Below, piece after piece: positions 1-12,950 of a DNA stretch of 64,000 nt (positions within the stretch are counted from its first letter, which is position 1; every line of letters begins with the position of its first letter). The position numbers and the translations under genes were made by a program. Location of the stretch: the NCBI RefSeq assembly GCF_009914755.1, contig NC_060926.1; one strand, 5' to 3'. A model generated the notes under the pieces. That model searched no databases. It was not told the DNA's origin and saw only the letters and a program-made list of their open reading frames with translations. This stretch comes from the human T2T-CHM13v2.0 reference genome, Homo sapiens.

Positions 1-49
1 CAGTCATGGAACTTTGATGTTGGGATCCAGTCCCTTGGGAGGGGAGTCC

Positions 50-229
50 TTTTTTTTAAACTTTTAAGTTCAGGGGTACATGTGCAGGTTTGTTACATAG
101 GTAAACTTGTGTCAGGGGGGTTTGTGGTACAGATCATTTAATCACCTAGGTATTAAGCCTAGTACGCATTTGTTATTTTTCCTGGTCCTCTCTCTCCTCC
201 CATTCTCTACCTCATGATAGGCCCCAGTG
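50..229 (-). mobile_element. L1 3' end fragment (old L1PA-like)
   Basis: Poly-T followed by ttttaagttcaggggtacatgtgcaggtttgttacataggtaaac, the characteristic antisense L1PA 3'UTR. Confidence 0.8.
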
Positions 230-1019
230 GAGTAGGGGACCTTCTGAGTCCTGAGTCACAGCAGCTTTTATAAAGACAGGTTTTTCTTGGTGTCCGGTAG
301 GCTCCCCTAGCTGGGCCAGCAGAGGGAGGTGGGTGCAGAGGATGGTGGGGAGGGCAGTGGGAGGAAAGGGAGACAGACAAGAGCAAGGGCTCCTGCTGGA
401 GACTGGGTTCCTCCCAGGTATTAGGCCTAGCATGATGGGGTTTGTTCGGGGAGCTCATATCAGGGAACAGGAGCAGGGCTGAGAGAGTGAAGTGGGGAGA
501 AGGGCAAGGTCTTCCACAGTGCTTCCTCAGGCTGGCCGCCACTGTGGGCTGCCGGATCCCATCCACTGGGCACTGAGGAGCTGGGGGGGACTTGCCTCTC
601 AGAGTGGTCTGCCTGAGGACAGAAGGAGGAGCCGTCATCCAGTACATGCCTTCCCTTGGTCCAGGGCTGCCACACAGAGTCATTCCCAGGCTGTGTGGGC
701 ACCATGCGTGTGTCATAGAAAAGGTGCCCACAGGTACCTCCTGCAGGAAGCTTGTTGCTGCCACAGTGGCTGGAGTAAAAGGTGGGATGAGAAGCCGTGA
801 CGTTGAGTTCAAGCAGAGAGCTCTGTGATATGACGGGAACAAGAAAGGCTTCTGCACTGTTCATGAACTTGGTTGTAGCTTGTGGGTAACCCATGTCTTT
901 CTATCTGGGGGAGGGAACATTGATCACCTTCAATTCCTGGGTTTCTGCTAGATGACCTGATTCCGGGGGAAGGTACCAGCTTTGGGAGTCAAGAAAAGCA
1001 ACTCACCTAACGTATCTAT

Positions 1020-1352
1020 CTGAGTCTTAGTCTTCTCACCTGTAAAATGGGAATAATAATTTATTTCCTATCTCCTGGGTATTGTGAGTTAATAGGGAAT
1101 TACAATAATAAATTTCCAAAGGAAATGCCTTGCAGTGTGTAAATCCCTCTGCAGGTGTGAAGTGAAACTAATAGTGAAACACAGACGCATGTGAACTGTC
1201 GGCAGTTATGACAGCTGGCCCCTTGAGGGTTCTAGGTGCCTAGAGACTGTCTGGCACTTTTATATGCATAATATCATCTCATCCTCCTTGCAGCTCCTAT
1301 GGCAGTCACTGTTATTATTCCCATTTACAGATGAGGACACAGAAACTCAGAG
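1020..1352. mobile_element. Two MIR fragments in opposite orientation (~1020-1095 +, ~1250-1352 -)
   Basis: Core motifs ctcacctgtaaaatgggaataata and ttattattcccatttacagatgagga. Confidence 0.65.
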
Positions 1353-3019
1353 AGAGCAAGGGCCTTGCCCTGGGCCCTGCAGGAAGTGGTATTGGGAGGC
1401 TCCACGCTGCCTGTCTGCATTGCAGAAGCTCAGCCCCTTTCCTGCCCCAAATCTCTCACCACTGCTTGGTTAAACACGGTGTTACCTGGCTGTGTAGCAC
1501 TGTGGCAAGCGGTCTACTAATCCTGATTGGATTCTAGGAATACCAGCAATGGGATGGCTGCCACCTGCTGACAGGGAGAATGGAGGAGGCCAAGGTCAAG
1601 CCCAGGGGCAGCCTGCCTTGGTCCTAAGTGTGAGCGGCTGGTGGAGATGAGCCAGGAGGAGGCAGAAGCTGGTAAGGAGGCTGGTTTTGCCTAGTACAAG
1701 GATTGTTACCAGGGCTCCATGAATAGGCTTGGGGCAGTGTCTCAGCCTCTCGAATGGCCTGTAAATGTATGGGCCCATGGGTGCATATGCTTTTTTCTAG
1801 GAAGCAGGTTCATCATTTTTATTAGTGTCATAATAATCCATGACCCTGAAGTTTGAACAGCAGTTCTCCATTGGGCCACCCTGGCATAAATGCAAGTGGT
1901 ACAGGGCCCCTTGGATATCTCTGTACACATTGAGACCTGGACAACTTGTCCTTCTGAATGGCTTAAATCCCAAGAATTTTGCCTCTTTACGTGGCTGCTT
2001 TAATTTTATGTTTTTACCTTTTTGCTACTATTACTTATGAGCCAGAATTAGGAATTTTCCAAGAACTGGAGGGAGGGAAAATGTGTCCCAGCTTCATCAC
2101 CCACGTGCTCTCTTCCACCGCCTTTACTTTTGTCTGCATTTTCTCCAAAAGGGTTAATGTTCTTATCAAATTCAGTTTTCTTTCTTTCACTAATGCGTAT
2201 TCATGCTCTTTCAAGCAAGCAAGCAAATGTGCTTCTATTAGGCAATCAGTTCTGCAGATTACATTTTTTTAGTTGCTAGGCTAGAAAAATAAAAATAACC
2301 TAATAAGAAAGTGTTTATGTTGGAAGTAGGTATTCCAAAAAGAATAGTTCTTTTAAAAATAATTCCCCAAACAACTCTTAACAGGTCTTGATTCAAAGAG
2401 GTTTTGTTTTCTTTTTTTTTTCTAGCGTGAAAAGCAATATACATAAGCCAGATCCTTTCCTTGGGCAGCGTGGTTAATACTAGCACACATCACACCTGGT
2501 ATTTGACTTCTCAGAAACTTGCTAAAAACCTTGTGTGGCCATAATCCCTGACTTGATTAACTGTTATTGAGTGTGTTCTGCAAAGTAACAGGAGCTTTAG
2601 ATGTCTCCTGAAAAGAAAAGCAGAACAGACACAGATTGCCGAAATGAAACAGCAACACAGTGATGATATATTTTCACAACTTGAAATACTAAAAACGTGG
2701 TCAAAAGGATCCATCCGAGTCAGAGATTGGGCTCTGTCTGTGGCCACAGCGGAAGCCAGGTGCTGTGGGCTCACCACCCTGACCTTGGATGGATGGCAAG
2801 ACTTGCCACCCCCACCCTCCTACTGAGGAGTCCCTTGGAGAAATCAATGGCAAAACTGGCCCCAAGCATGGAAAGGGGCTGCAGTTCTAAGGTGGACCGG
2901 GGCAGAGCTTGCTTTCTGTCTTCTGAGAAGTGGCTGGGGTAAGACCAAGTCTAGTGGACCTCTTGATGAGTAGATATCTGCCCTGCCCTTAAAAAGCCAA
3001 CAGCAAACTACAGTGTAGG

Positions 3020-3238
3020 CACGGTTGCCAGATAAAATACAGACTGCCTAATTAAAATTGAATCTCAGATGAACAAGGAATAGTTTTTCAGTATAAGTAT
3101 GTTCCATGCAGGTAGATGTCATGCATATTTCTGATATTGCTTGGGATATTCTTATCCTAAGAAGTGATGTGTGGTTTCCCTGAGATTGAAACTTAGCTGA
3201 GCATCCTGTATTTTTATTTGCTAAGCCTGGATACTCTA
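3020..3238. mobile_element. MER53-like palindromic hAT MITE
   Basis: ggttgccagataaaatacag...ctgtatttttatttgctaagcctgg resembles the MER53 consensus; internally self-complementary. Confidence 0.75.
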
Positions 3239-3563
3239 GCTCAGGGCAAAGTAGGCGCGGACAGGCTGTGTTGGCTCACCTTTCTGGTCAGGGCTATAGA
3301 TTGTGCTCTCAGGTTCTAGGACTTCATGTAGCTGGAATGATGCAGTATGCCTTCTTTTGTGTCTTGCTTCTTTTACTTGGTATATTATTTTGAGATTCAT
3401 CCCTGTTGCTGCCTCTATTGTAGTTTGTTCCTTTTTATTATTGAGTAGTATTCTACTGTAAGAAAATACTACAGTTTATTATCACGTCTGGATGGGCCTT
3501 TGGGTTGTTTCCAGTTCTTGTCTATTGTGAATAATACTTCTATGAGTTTTGATAGACACATTT

Positions 3564-3599
3564 GTGTGTGTGTGTGTGTCTCTCTCTCTCTCTCTCTCT
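3564..3599. repeat. Compound (GT)n(CT)n microsatellite
   Basis: Read directly. Confidence 0.9.
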
Positions 3600-3627
3600 T
3601 TGTGTAAACATTATTTTCATTTTTCTT

Positions 3628-3979
<352 letters not shown>

Positions 3980-4035
3980 ATTATTTTCATTTTTCTTGGG
4001 TAAATACCTAATAGTATAATTGCTGGATCTTATAT

Positions 4036-4390
4036 TGTATTAGTCTGTTCTCATGATGCTAATAAAGACATTTCTGAGACTGGGTAATTTATAAAGGAAA
4101 GAGATTTAACTGACTCACAGTTCTACATGGCTGGAGAGGCCTTACAATCATGGAGGAAGGCAAAGGAGATGCAAAGGGACGTCTTACATGGCAACAGGCA
4201 AGAGAGCATGTGCAGGGGAACTCCCATTTATAAAACCATCAGATCTCATGAGATTTATTCACTACCATGAGAACAGAATGGGGAAAACTGCTCCCATGAT
4301 TCAACTATCTCCACCTTGCCCCGTCCTTGACACAGGAGGATTATTACATTTCAAGGTGAGATTTGGGTGGGGACACAGCCAACTGTATCA
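4036..4390 (-). mobile_element. THE1 (THE1C-like) MaLR solo LTR
   Basis: tgtattagtc...ggggacacagccaactgtatca; flanks tatat/tatag (4/5 TSD). Confidence 0.88.
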
Positions 4391-5987
4391 TATAGTAAGT
4401 GTACATTTAACTTTATAGGAAACTGCAAAACAGTTTTCCAAAATGGCTGTACCATTTTACACTGTGGCCAGCAATATGTGAGTATTCCACTTGTTCCTCA
4501 TTCTTGCCAACACTCGACGTTGTCTGTGTTTTTATTTAGTTATTGTAGTAATTGTAAAATAGTGTCTAAGAATTGTGGTTCTAATTTGTGTTTCTCTGAT
4601 GATAATTCAGTTGAAAATCTTTTCATTTGCTTAATGACCATTCATGTATGTAAATAAATTTTGTGTTCGTCTTTTGTCTGTTTTTTTTTTTGTTAGGTTA
4701 TGTGTCTTCTTATTGAGTTATACGGGTTCTTTCTATATTCTGGACACCAGCCCTTTGCAGATATCTTTCTCCAGTCTCTGACTTGCCTCTTCATTTTTAT
4801 AGGTGTCTTTTGAAAAGCAGCAGGTTTTACTTTGATTAACTCAAATTTGTCATTTTTTACATTAATGTTTAGTGTTTTTCATGTTCTAAGAAATCTTCCT
4901 GCCTCAAGGTCACAGAACATTTATTTCCTTATATAAGTTATATAATTTAATCTTTTACATTTACATCTAGGATCCATTTGGAATGAATTTAATGTGTGGT
5001 GCAAAATAAGGGTTGAGGTTCATTTTTTTCCTCACGTGGTTATCCACATTTTTCCTCCATTTACTGAAGAGACCACCCTTTCCTCATTGATCGCATTGGT
5101 GTCTTTGTGGGAAATTGATCAATCATGTATGTGTGTGCCTGTTTCTAGGGTCTATCCTGCTCCATGAATTTGCACATCTGTCTTTACACAATAGCACACA
5201 GTCGTGATTATTGTAACTTTATAGTAAGTATTTAAATCACTTGTACCCAAATACCTGTTATAGATTACTCCACTTTCTGGCAGAATCCAAGCCAAGACAA
5301 CTGGGGACATCTTACTGCACAGCTCCTTGCTAGCATCTCTACATTTTTACATTGGTACCTGTAGTGGCTTGGATCTGTTTCTGACCCTGTCTCTGGGCTA
5401 ATCTATAAAAAAGCATTGACTGGCTATCCTTACCTGATATCACTGTAGAAAACATGTATTTTCCCTTCCTCTCTGCAATAATCGTATAAGATTATAAAAG
5501 TATAAGTTGTTGAAAGTTCTTAAAAATAAAGCTTACTTTGCATTTCTAATTTCTTAACTTTCAGTCTTTTTCTACTTTTGCTCCAAAAATGTTACCACAA
5601 CAGACAAATGCCAGTGGTTATGTGTTAATACCAGGAATTTCAGCCTTTTTTAAATACCAAAGAACGTGTGGTTCATGAAACATCCCTCGTCTGACACACT
5701 CCCATAGCCTTATTCAAGTTTCTAAAGAATTCCCCTGTCCAAGAACTGGGATTCCACCTCTTTCTCTCCTTCTCAGAAATGTGCATCTAAGTCAAAATGA
5801 TTGAGTCATATTATTATAAAGAAAATCTCCCAAGGGTCAGTACTTCTTATTTGGTACTTTATTGAGAGTAACGGGTTGCCTGTGTCCTAGCACAGACCTG
5901 CTGCTCCGTGTTTTGTTTGACTTAGCACAGAACCACGTACACAGCAGGGACCACGTACACTTAACGCCTGTATAGTGGGTATAAAAA

Positions 5988-6346
5988 TGATATGGTTTGG
6001 CTGTGTCCCCACCCAAATCTCACCTTGAATTGTAATAATCCCAATGTCAAGGGTGGGGCCAGGTGGAGATAATTGAATTATGGTGGTAGTTTACTCCATA
6101 CTGTTCTCCTGGTAGTGAATAAGTCTCATAAGATCTGATGGTTTTATAAATGGGAGTTCCCCTGCACATGCTCTGTTGTCTGCCACCACGTAAGATGTGA
6201 CTTTGCTCCTCTTTCACCTTCTGCCATGATTGTGAGGCTTCTCCAGCCATGTGGAACTGTGAGTCTATTAAACCTCTTTTTTTTTCCTTATAAATTACAC
6301 AGTCTTGAGTATGTCTTTATTAGCAGCATGAGAACGAACTAAAACA
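5988..6346 (+). mobile_element. THE1 (THE1C-like) MaLR solo LTR
   Basis: tgatatggtttggctgtgtccccacccaaatctc...cagcatgagaacgaactaaaaca. Confidence 0.9.
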
Positions 6347-6369
6347 ACACATAAACAATCTACAAATTC

Positions 6370-6872
6370 AGCTGGATTCCACCATAATGCTCTGTATGCT
6401 ACTGCAAGTTAATACAGTATGCTCAGTCAAGTCTGTCTACAGCAGGGAGATGTGCCTCCACCTTAGTGATGGACCTCTTGGTGATGAAAATTTAGGGCCT
6501 AACAAGAGACAGATTGCACTGTCTCTTCCCAAGCCCATGTTCAGTGACATCATGTTGATATTTTCCAATCAGCCTAGATGGGAGTTTTTACACTATAGAC
6601 ATTGGCAAGAGCTAAAAATTAAAGCTTTTTTCCCCCTCAAGGAGCAGATTGTTAAACACCAGCACATCACTGGACATGACCTTTCTGCTGGTAGGGAGGC
6701 AAGGTAGCAGTTGAGTTTTCATAATGTGCTGTTGCTGTGTGGGAAGAGGAAGGGCTCATCCTGACTGAGGCAGTCATTTTAGGGACCGACATCTCCCTGC
6801 TGTAGACAGACTTGCCTGGGGACACTGTATTAATTTGCAATATCATGTAGAGCATTATGATGGAATCCAGCT
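6370..6872. repeat. 84-bp inverted repeat (arms 6370-6453 and 6789-6872), 335-bp spacer
   Basis: Ungapped manual alignment gives 74/84 identity; the innermost 26 bp are perfect. Confidence 0.92.
6542..6672 (-). mobile_element. MER63-like hAT-Blackjack MITE fragment
   Basis: Minus strand begins cagtgatgtgctggtgtttaacaa, resembling the MER63 terminus; cagtga at the other end. Confidence 0.55.
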
Positions 6873-8394
6873 AAGAACAACCTCATAGCCAGTCTCCAGA
6901 GGTCCGTCCAGGAGACGGCATGGCCAGTGGTGGGCGCCCTGGGCTGTATGTCCCCATCTGTGTCTGCCTTTGTGCCACTCATTTACACCAGCAATTGCAG
7001 GAGACTGGGACCCCCTCTCTTCAAAATTACTACCCCTCTTTATGTAGAGGCACACTGCCTAAAAAAACAAGTTGGAAAATTTTCCAAATAGCTTTGACTC
7101 AATAATTATCCGACAGCATGTGGACTATCTCTTGGGTCTTTTATACCATCAAACCAAATGGGCAGCATGAATCTTATAATCCTATTTACACATGTTTTGG
7201 GTTAGGAAGGAGTGGTACAGATTTTGTTCTAAACAGCATTGTGGTATTTTAAGAGCAGTTGCATTTCAGCTTGAATTAAGTTTACATATAACTAAAAAAA
7301 GATATGACATTTCTTATAAACAGGAAAGCAGCATCAATCTGGCATGCCACTCACGTATGAGATTCTAACACGGGATGTTCCCCCTTCATTCTAAGAGGGT
7401 CTTGGAGAAACTCAGAGTGTTCCATAGCTTGCATAGTAGTACATCATGCCATTGTTTCTATTCTGTTTGGGGGCCAATGAGTTATCCATTAGTTACTACT
7501 TGTACAATACATTCTATATGCGGGCCCTGTGATAAATGTCAAGGCTACAAAGAATGTGGCTCTTGCCCTCCAGGACTACAAATTCATTGTGGAAGACTGG
7601 GAAATAAAGCAATGACAGTTGGGTGCAATCAATGCTTTACTGAACTTAGGAAGAAATCAGGGAATCTTTCCAGGTGAGGTGCTACTTGGACATATATTTT
7701 CAAAGCAAATGAGTGAGAGTTATTCTAGCAGACAAGGAAAATGAGGTTGCTTTGGACAGAGAGAGGTGAAGGTGAGAAGGAGACCCACTTGCCTCTGGGG
7801 ATCTCTCTTGGACTCAGGGGATGTGGATCAGTGGCAGGCACCCATCTGGGAGGATGGGGCTCACGTTTTGTGGACCTGTGGAAATGATATGGAGCAGGAT
7901 ATAAAAGTGGAATCATTTTGCTCAGCTTCAGAGGATCCCCAAGAAAAAGACTGCTATGTTCCAAAGCAAAGTTTGAGGCCACTCTGCAGGAGGTGGTGAA
8001 GAAAACAGGCAGCTTTATTACTCTTAACCCTTTACCCACACTGAGAGTATAGAAAAAGGCTTGGAGATAAAAAGAAGATTTTGGAGAGAGTTATTGATAT
8101 GTCGTGAGTCCCAATCCCACCCCCAGGGGAGTGGATGGATAAATGTATACCATGGGTAAAGAGATGAAGCCCTCACCCTCCAGAGTGGGTGCCCAGTCTA
8201 CAGAAGGCATGGACCGGCAGGGAGGGGTAACTGCAAGTGAAATCGCACATTTTAATGGAGTCACTACGCTGGATGTTTGAACTACTACCTTGGACGGTCA
8301 CTTGTATTATCTGGAAGTGACCAGAATACTGATGAAATGTGACCTAAATTTCATTCAAGGGCAGGAGAAGATTCAGCATCCAGTGTAAATTTGA

Positions 8395-8818
<424 letters not shown>

Positions 8819-8899
8819 AGGGGTTCATATCTTTATAAGGACAAAAAAGGATCCAGGATTCAGAAAGGTTATTACAGCTTCTGTGGATCGGGGGAAGGC

Positions 8900-9350
8900 A
8901 TTCAGTTGGGTCAGGGGTCATCGTATGATCAGCTTTGCATTGTATGCATCATATGCATCGTATGATCAGTGGCTTCCTGTCGGAGCAGGTCGGAGAAAAT
9001 GACTGCTAGGTCTGGAGGCAGGGAGACCAGTGCCAGGGCTGGGGGGCTGCTGCGCGAGCACAGGCCCTGCAAGGCTGAGGGCTGGTAGCTTGGGTTGGAG
9101 AGCTCAGGGCAGGCTGGAGAGATGCCTGAAGGCCTGAGTCGATGGGAATAGGGACGAGCAGATGTTGAAGACGAAGGCAGAATGAAGACGGTCCCCGGGA
9201 TTCTGGGCTGAGCCCCTGGATGGATGGTGGTCTTGTAACCGAGCTGAGGGAATAAAAGGAAAAGTGGGGTCAGGGGGATAATGACTGGCTCAGACCAGGA
9301 ATTCGAGGTACCAGGTTTTGTGCTTGGGAGAGAGATGTGGGCTAGATTTG
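8900..9350 (-). mobile_element. Degraded L2 fragment
   Basis: ggaggcagggagaccag and ctggatggatggtggt-type purine-rich L2 signatures; boundaries approximate. Confidence 0.5.
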
Positions 9351-12079
9351 GGAGAAAGTAGAGACACGGAGTGCAGGCAATTGTTTTAGAATCTTAGAAA
9401 GTATAACATAATATAGAAGACAGAATATGGAGTTTGTTGGTTTGCTTTTAATTGGGGACACTTGGATATATTTGTAGAAAACTCAGGCCACTAGTTTTCA
9501 CTCCAAAGAGGAGAACTCTGGTCCACAGGTGGTGGCTGGCAACCAGGGCAGAGCAGAGGTGGGGAAGACACATGGCCCCCAAGGAGCCTGATATCTTGGG
9601 GCTGCCGGGCATGCTTGTTCACTATAGTCACTCAGGGTATTCGCCTTCACTGCCCTTGGATTCTGTGGGACACCCCGGGTCCTTTCTGTGCCTTCTTCAT
9701 CTTTAGAAGCTTCCATGTGGCTGGGAGGGCTTCTGTTTCTAGCAACTGAAGGATGTGAGACAAACGCCCTGACTTCCAGGGGCTCTGTCGCCCAAGGGAG
9801 TTTGAGAGTTCGTGCCTGGTGGGCTCACTCACGGGTCTGAAATGCCCCCTCTGCTGGGATCCAGAGCCCTCCTTCTGTCACCCTGCCTAAGAAGACAACA
9901 CCCAGGCTTTCCGCTTCATTTACCGTCTCAAAGTCACATCACGTAGAAACTCAGGGTTTCTATTTGACATTTCTTCCGCATTTGTGCAGATGTCTGTAGG
10001 AAAGACACATGCTACACCCCAGGATCTGGGAGCCAGAGTGCCACAGGCAGCCAATCAATGTTTAGACGATGATGTTCAAGGTATGGCAAGAAGAGTGCAC
10101 AAAATATTAGGGCTCCGGGGAAGAATGAGTGTATCAAATCGTCAATAAAAGTGTGGCAGACGGACAAAATCAACTTTCAGTGCTGCACTTTACAACTTGG
10201 TTATGAAACACTACGATTTCATGGTATATGACACGGAATCTCTTCTATCTGGGGATGTAAAATAAAACCCCTGGGAATATACTTTACAGTTCTTATGGGG
10301 AGAGCTCACTGTGTTTTCCAAGCCAAATAAATTTATATTATTAGAAAGAGAAGTCATGTTTATTTATTAAATTATTTGCCTGGTTTAGTGTATCATTGTT
10401 GAATTTCACACACCGAAAACATACGGCGTAATGAGAATTGAAAAGCCCCAACTTTAAAGTCTGCGAGAAAGGAAATGAAGTTGTGGACAGCTGTTCTCTG
10501 TTTCTCAGCACGACTACAAAGGAGGGGCCACGTTTCACCACTGTAAGTTTTGCTTCCTTTTCAGAGACTCATTGCATGTATTCCTGGAGAAAATACAGGA
10601 CCACGTTTTGTGAGTTGTGAAGCACCAACGATGCGATGTTTTGCTCCCGTACCAGAATTTTCTTTCTAACGATTCTTGGTCCCAGGAGAAGCTAGATAAT
10701 TAGCTAAGTTTGTTGAATTTGTGATAGGAAGATGATTTTTTACATCGTTGTAGGCACAATGGGTACTTTGATGACAGGTGTGCCCCTGGGGGAAAAGGAC
10801 CTCTTTGAGGCCTCCTTCTGGAAGGACGGCTTCTCAGGGCCCACTCACTGACACACACCTCTTGACTTCAGTGATCAATGAAGTTCCCCCTCTGTCTCTC
10901 TGAGTCCATCTCTCTCCACAAGGGCAGGGCTAGTTCACATTGTGATTTTTACTACATAGATACTTTTCCACTATAAATTTAATAAAATTTGTTGTCAGTT
11001 TTTGGTGGTTATAATGATAAATTAAATTTACAGGTATCAGAGTGTGCTCTGAGATTTAAATTGTAACATCCAAAGATGAGCAGACAGCCAGTCACCGTGG
11101 AGAGGGCGCTCAGGCCTGCCAGACGTGACCACCCTCCTGCCTGAAGCTTTACTCACTACAGGAAGAGAGGGTTGGAGAACCTGGGCAGCAGAGAGTGCGC
11201 AGAGCACCAGAGGCAAACAGATGTGGGCAGTGCCATCCAGACCCTGCCTGGGGATGGGGAGCCTCGTTCAGGGGACTGGGCGACCCAGCCCACTGGCAGG
11301 AAGGGCAAGGAGGCTGTGTTTCCTGTGACCGTTATGCAGGAGGCTCACTTAGCCCACTTCCTTTGCTCTGAATCCACCCCAGTGAAAGCATGTTCTCACT
11401 ATGTTTTGGCTTCTCTCTAAGAGCTGCCTACAGGGAGAGAAAGGGGCTGGCCTTGGAGGTGGTTGTTCCCACTGTAAATCAATGCAGCATTGGCCCTGTG
11501 ACTTTTGTCTTCCCCTGAACAGTACATCCTCTCTTGTCGGGCTTCAGCAGCATTGACTCTAGAGTCAGAGAGTTGGAGGTTGGTGGAGACTTCTTATTCC
11601 ACCTGTCTTAGATGGCATCCATCACCCCTGTCCATAGACACACATTGTCATGATGACAGGTGGTTGTGAGACCTCAGCAATAATGATTCTAGAAACTGCA
11701 GAAAACCTAGTACAGTGTGAAGAAGGAAATAAAAGTTGCCCAGAGCCTCTTTATAGAGAGCTAATGACTGTTTACAAATATTATTCTTGTTTTTTTCTTC
11801 TTGCTTTTTAACATATTTCAAGTCCTACAGTATAAAAGTGTTAGTATACTTATGGAAGTTCAGGTCCTAACTGAGAAATGTTCTTTAGAGAGGCAAATTT
11901 ATCTCTAGGCTTATCTGTCAAAGAATGTATATTCTTTATACACAAAAGAATAGGCTCCACAAATATATGTATAAAGTTGGTTTGGATTTACCGACAAGCA
12001 GATTATTTTCTTTGTTCACGTTTCCATCTTGCATATCAGACCATTTTTTTCCTGAGACCATTTTATTCCTTTAAGTAGT

Positions 12080-12950
12080 GGAACCTTTTGAGAAGTTCCT
12101 TTAAGGAAGCTTTGCTGGCAGAAAACTCAATTTTTTGATAGTTAAAATGTTTTTTAAATTTTTGCACTCATTCTTAATAGGTAATTATCCTGGGCTTACA
12201 ATTCTAGATTGACAGCTGTGATCTTTCATCATGTTAGAGATATGAATCCACTGATTTCTGGCTTCCATTTTTGCAGCTGAAAAGTCATATTTCAATCTAA
12301 TTGCCTATTCTTTGTGCAGTCTGCCTTTTCTCCAGGCTGCTTTTAAGATCTTCCCTCTTATCTTTCATTCATTTTTTTTTTTTTTACAGCGTATCTGGGT
12401 GCTAGCTCTTCCAATGCCTTCTGCCTGAGATTTGTTGTGCTTCCTGAATCTGAGGATTTGTGTCTTTCATCAATTCTGGAAAACTCAGAGGAGCCACTTT
12501 CCCTGATTGTTGTGTCATCCCATTCTCTGAAGTCTTTCCTTCTGGAATTGCAATTAGACATATCTTCCACATTCCCACTGGCCTTTCCTAGTTTTCATTT
12601 CTCCTTCCCATTTCCCATGTCTATGTTTTTTTCTACATTCTAATGTTGCAGTCTGTATCTGATAATTTTAATAACTATAGTTTTACAGGTTTGATCCTGC
12701 TGTTTGTTGTTCCTGCTTAATTCTCATAGTATCTTGGGTTTTTTCATGTATTTTATGATTTAATTTTTTTTCTTATGAACTCATGATCAGTGGTATTCAG
12801 GGAATGGTTTGAGGCCTAGGTTGAGAATGCCTCTCCCAGAAAGCATGTGTGTTTGTTTCAATCTGGCTACTGCATGAAGGCCTACTTTAAACTGAATTCT
12901 TAGCCAAGATATTTTTGGACCACAAAGATGTTATGAAATCAGGCCCTAAA
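12080..12950 (-). mobile_element. Old L1M fragment (5'/ORF1-side)
   Basis: caattctagattgacag...ccactgatttctggcttccatttttgcagctgaaaagtc, typical antisense L1M. Confidence 0.55.

Noticed and set aside
207-894. 216-aa and 144-aa minus-strand ORFs
   Set aside because: No recognisable homology; composition typical of GC-rich non-coding DNA, and the longer one runs into an L1 end.
8919-8970. catcgtatgatcag repeated around 9-bp units
   Set aside because: Ordinary slippage-type micro-duplication in a degraded L2.
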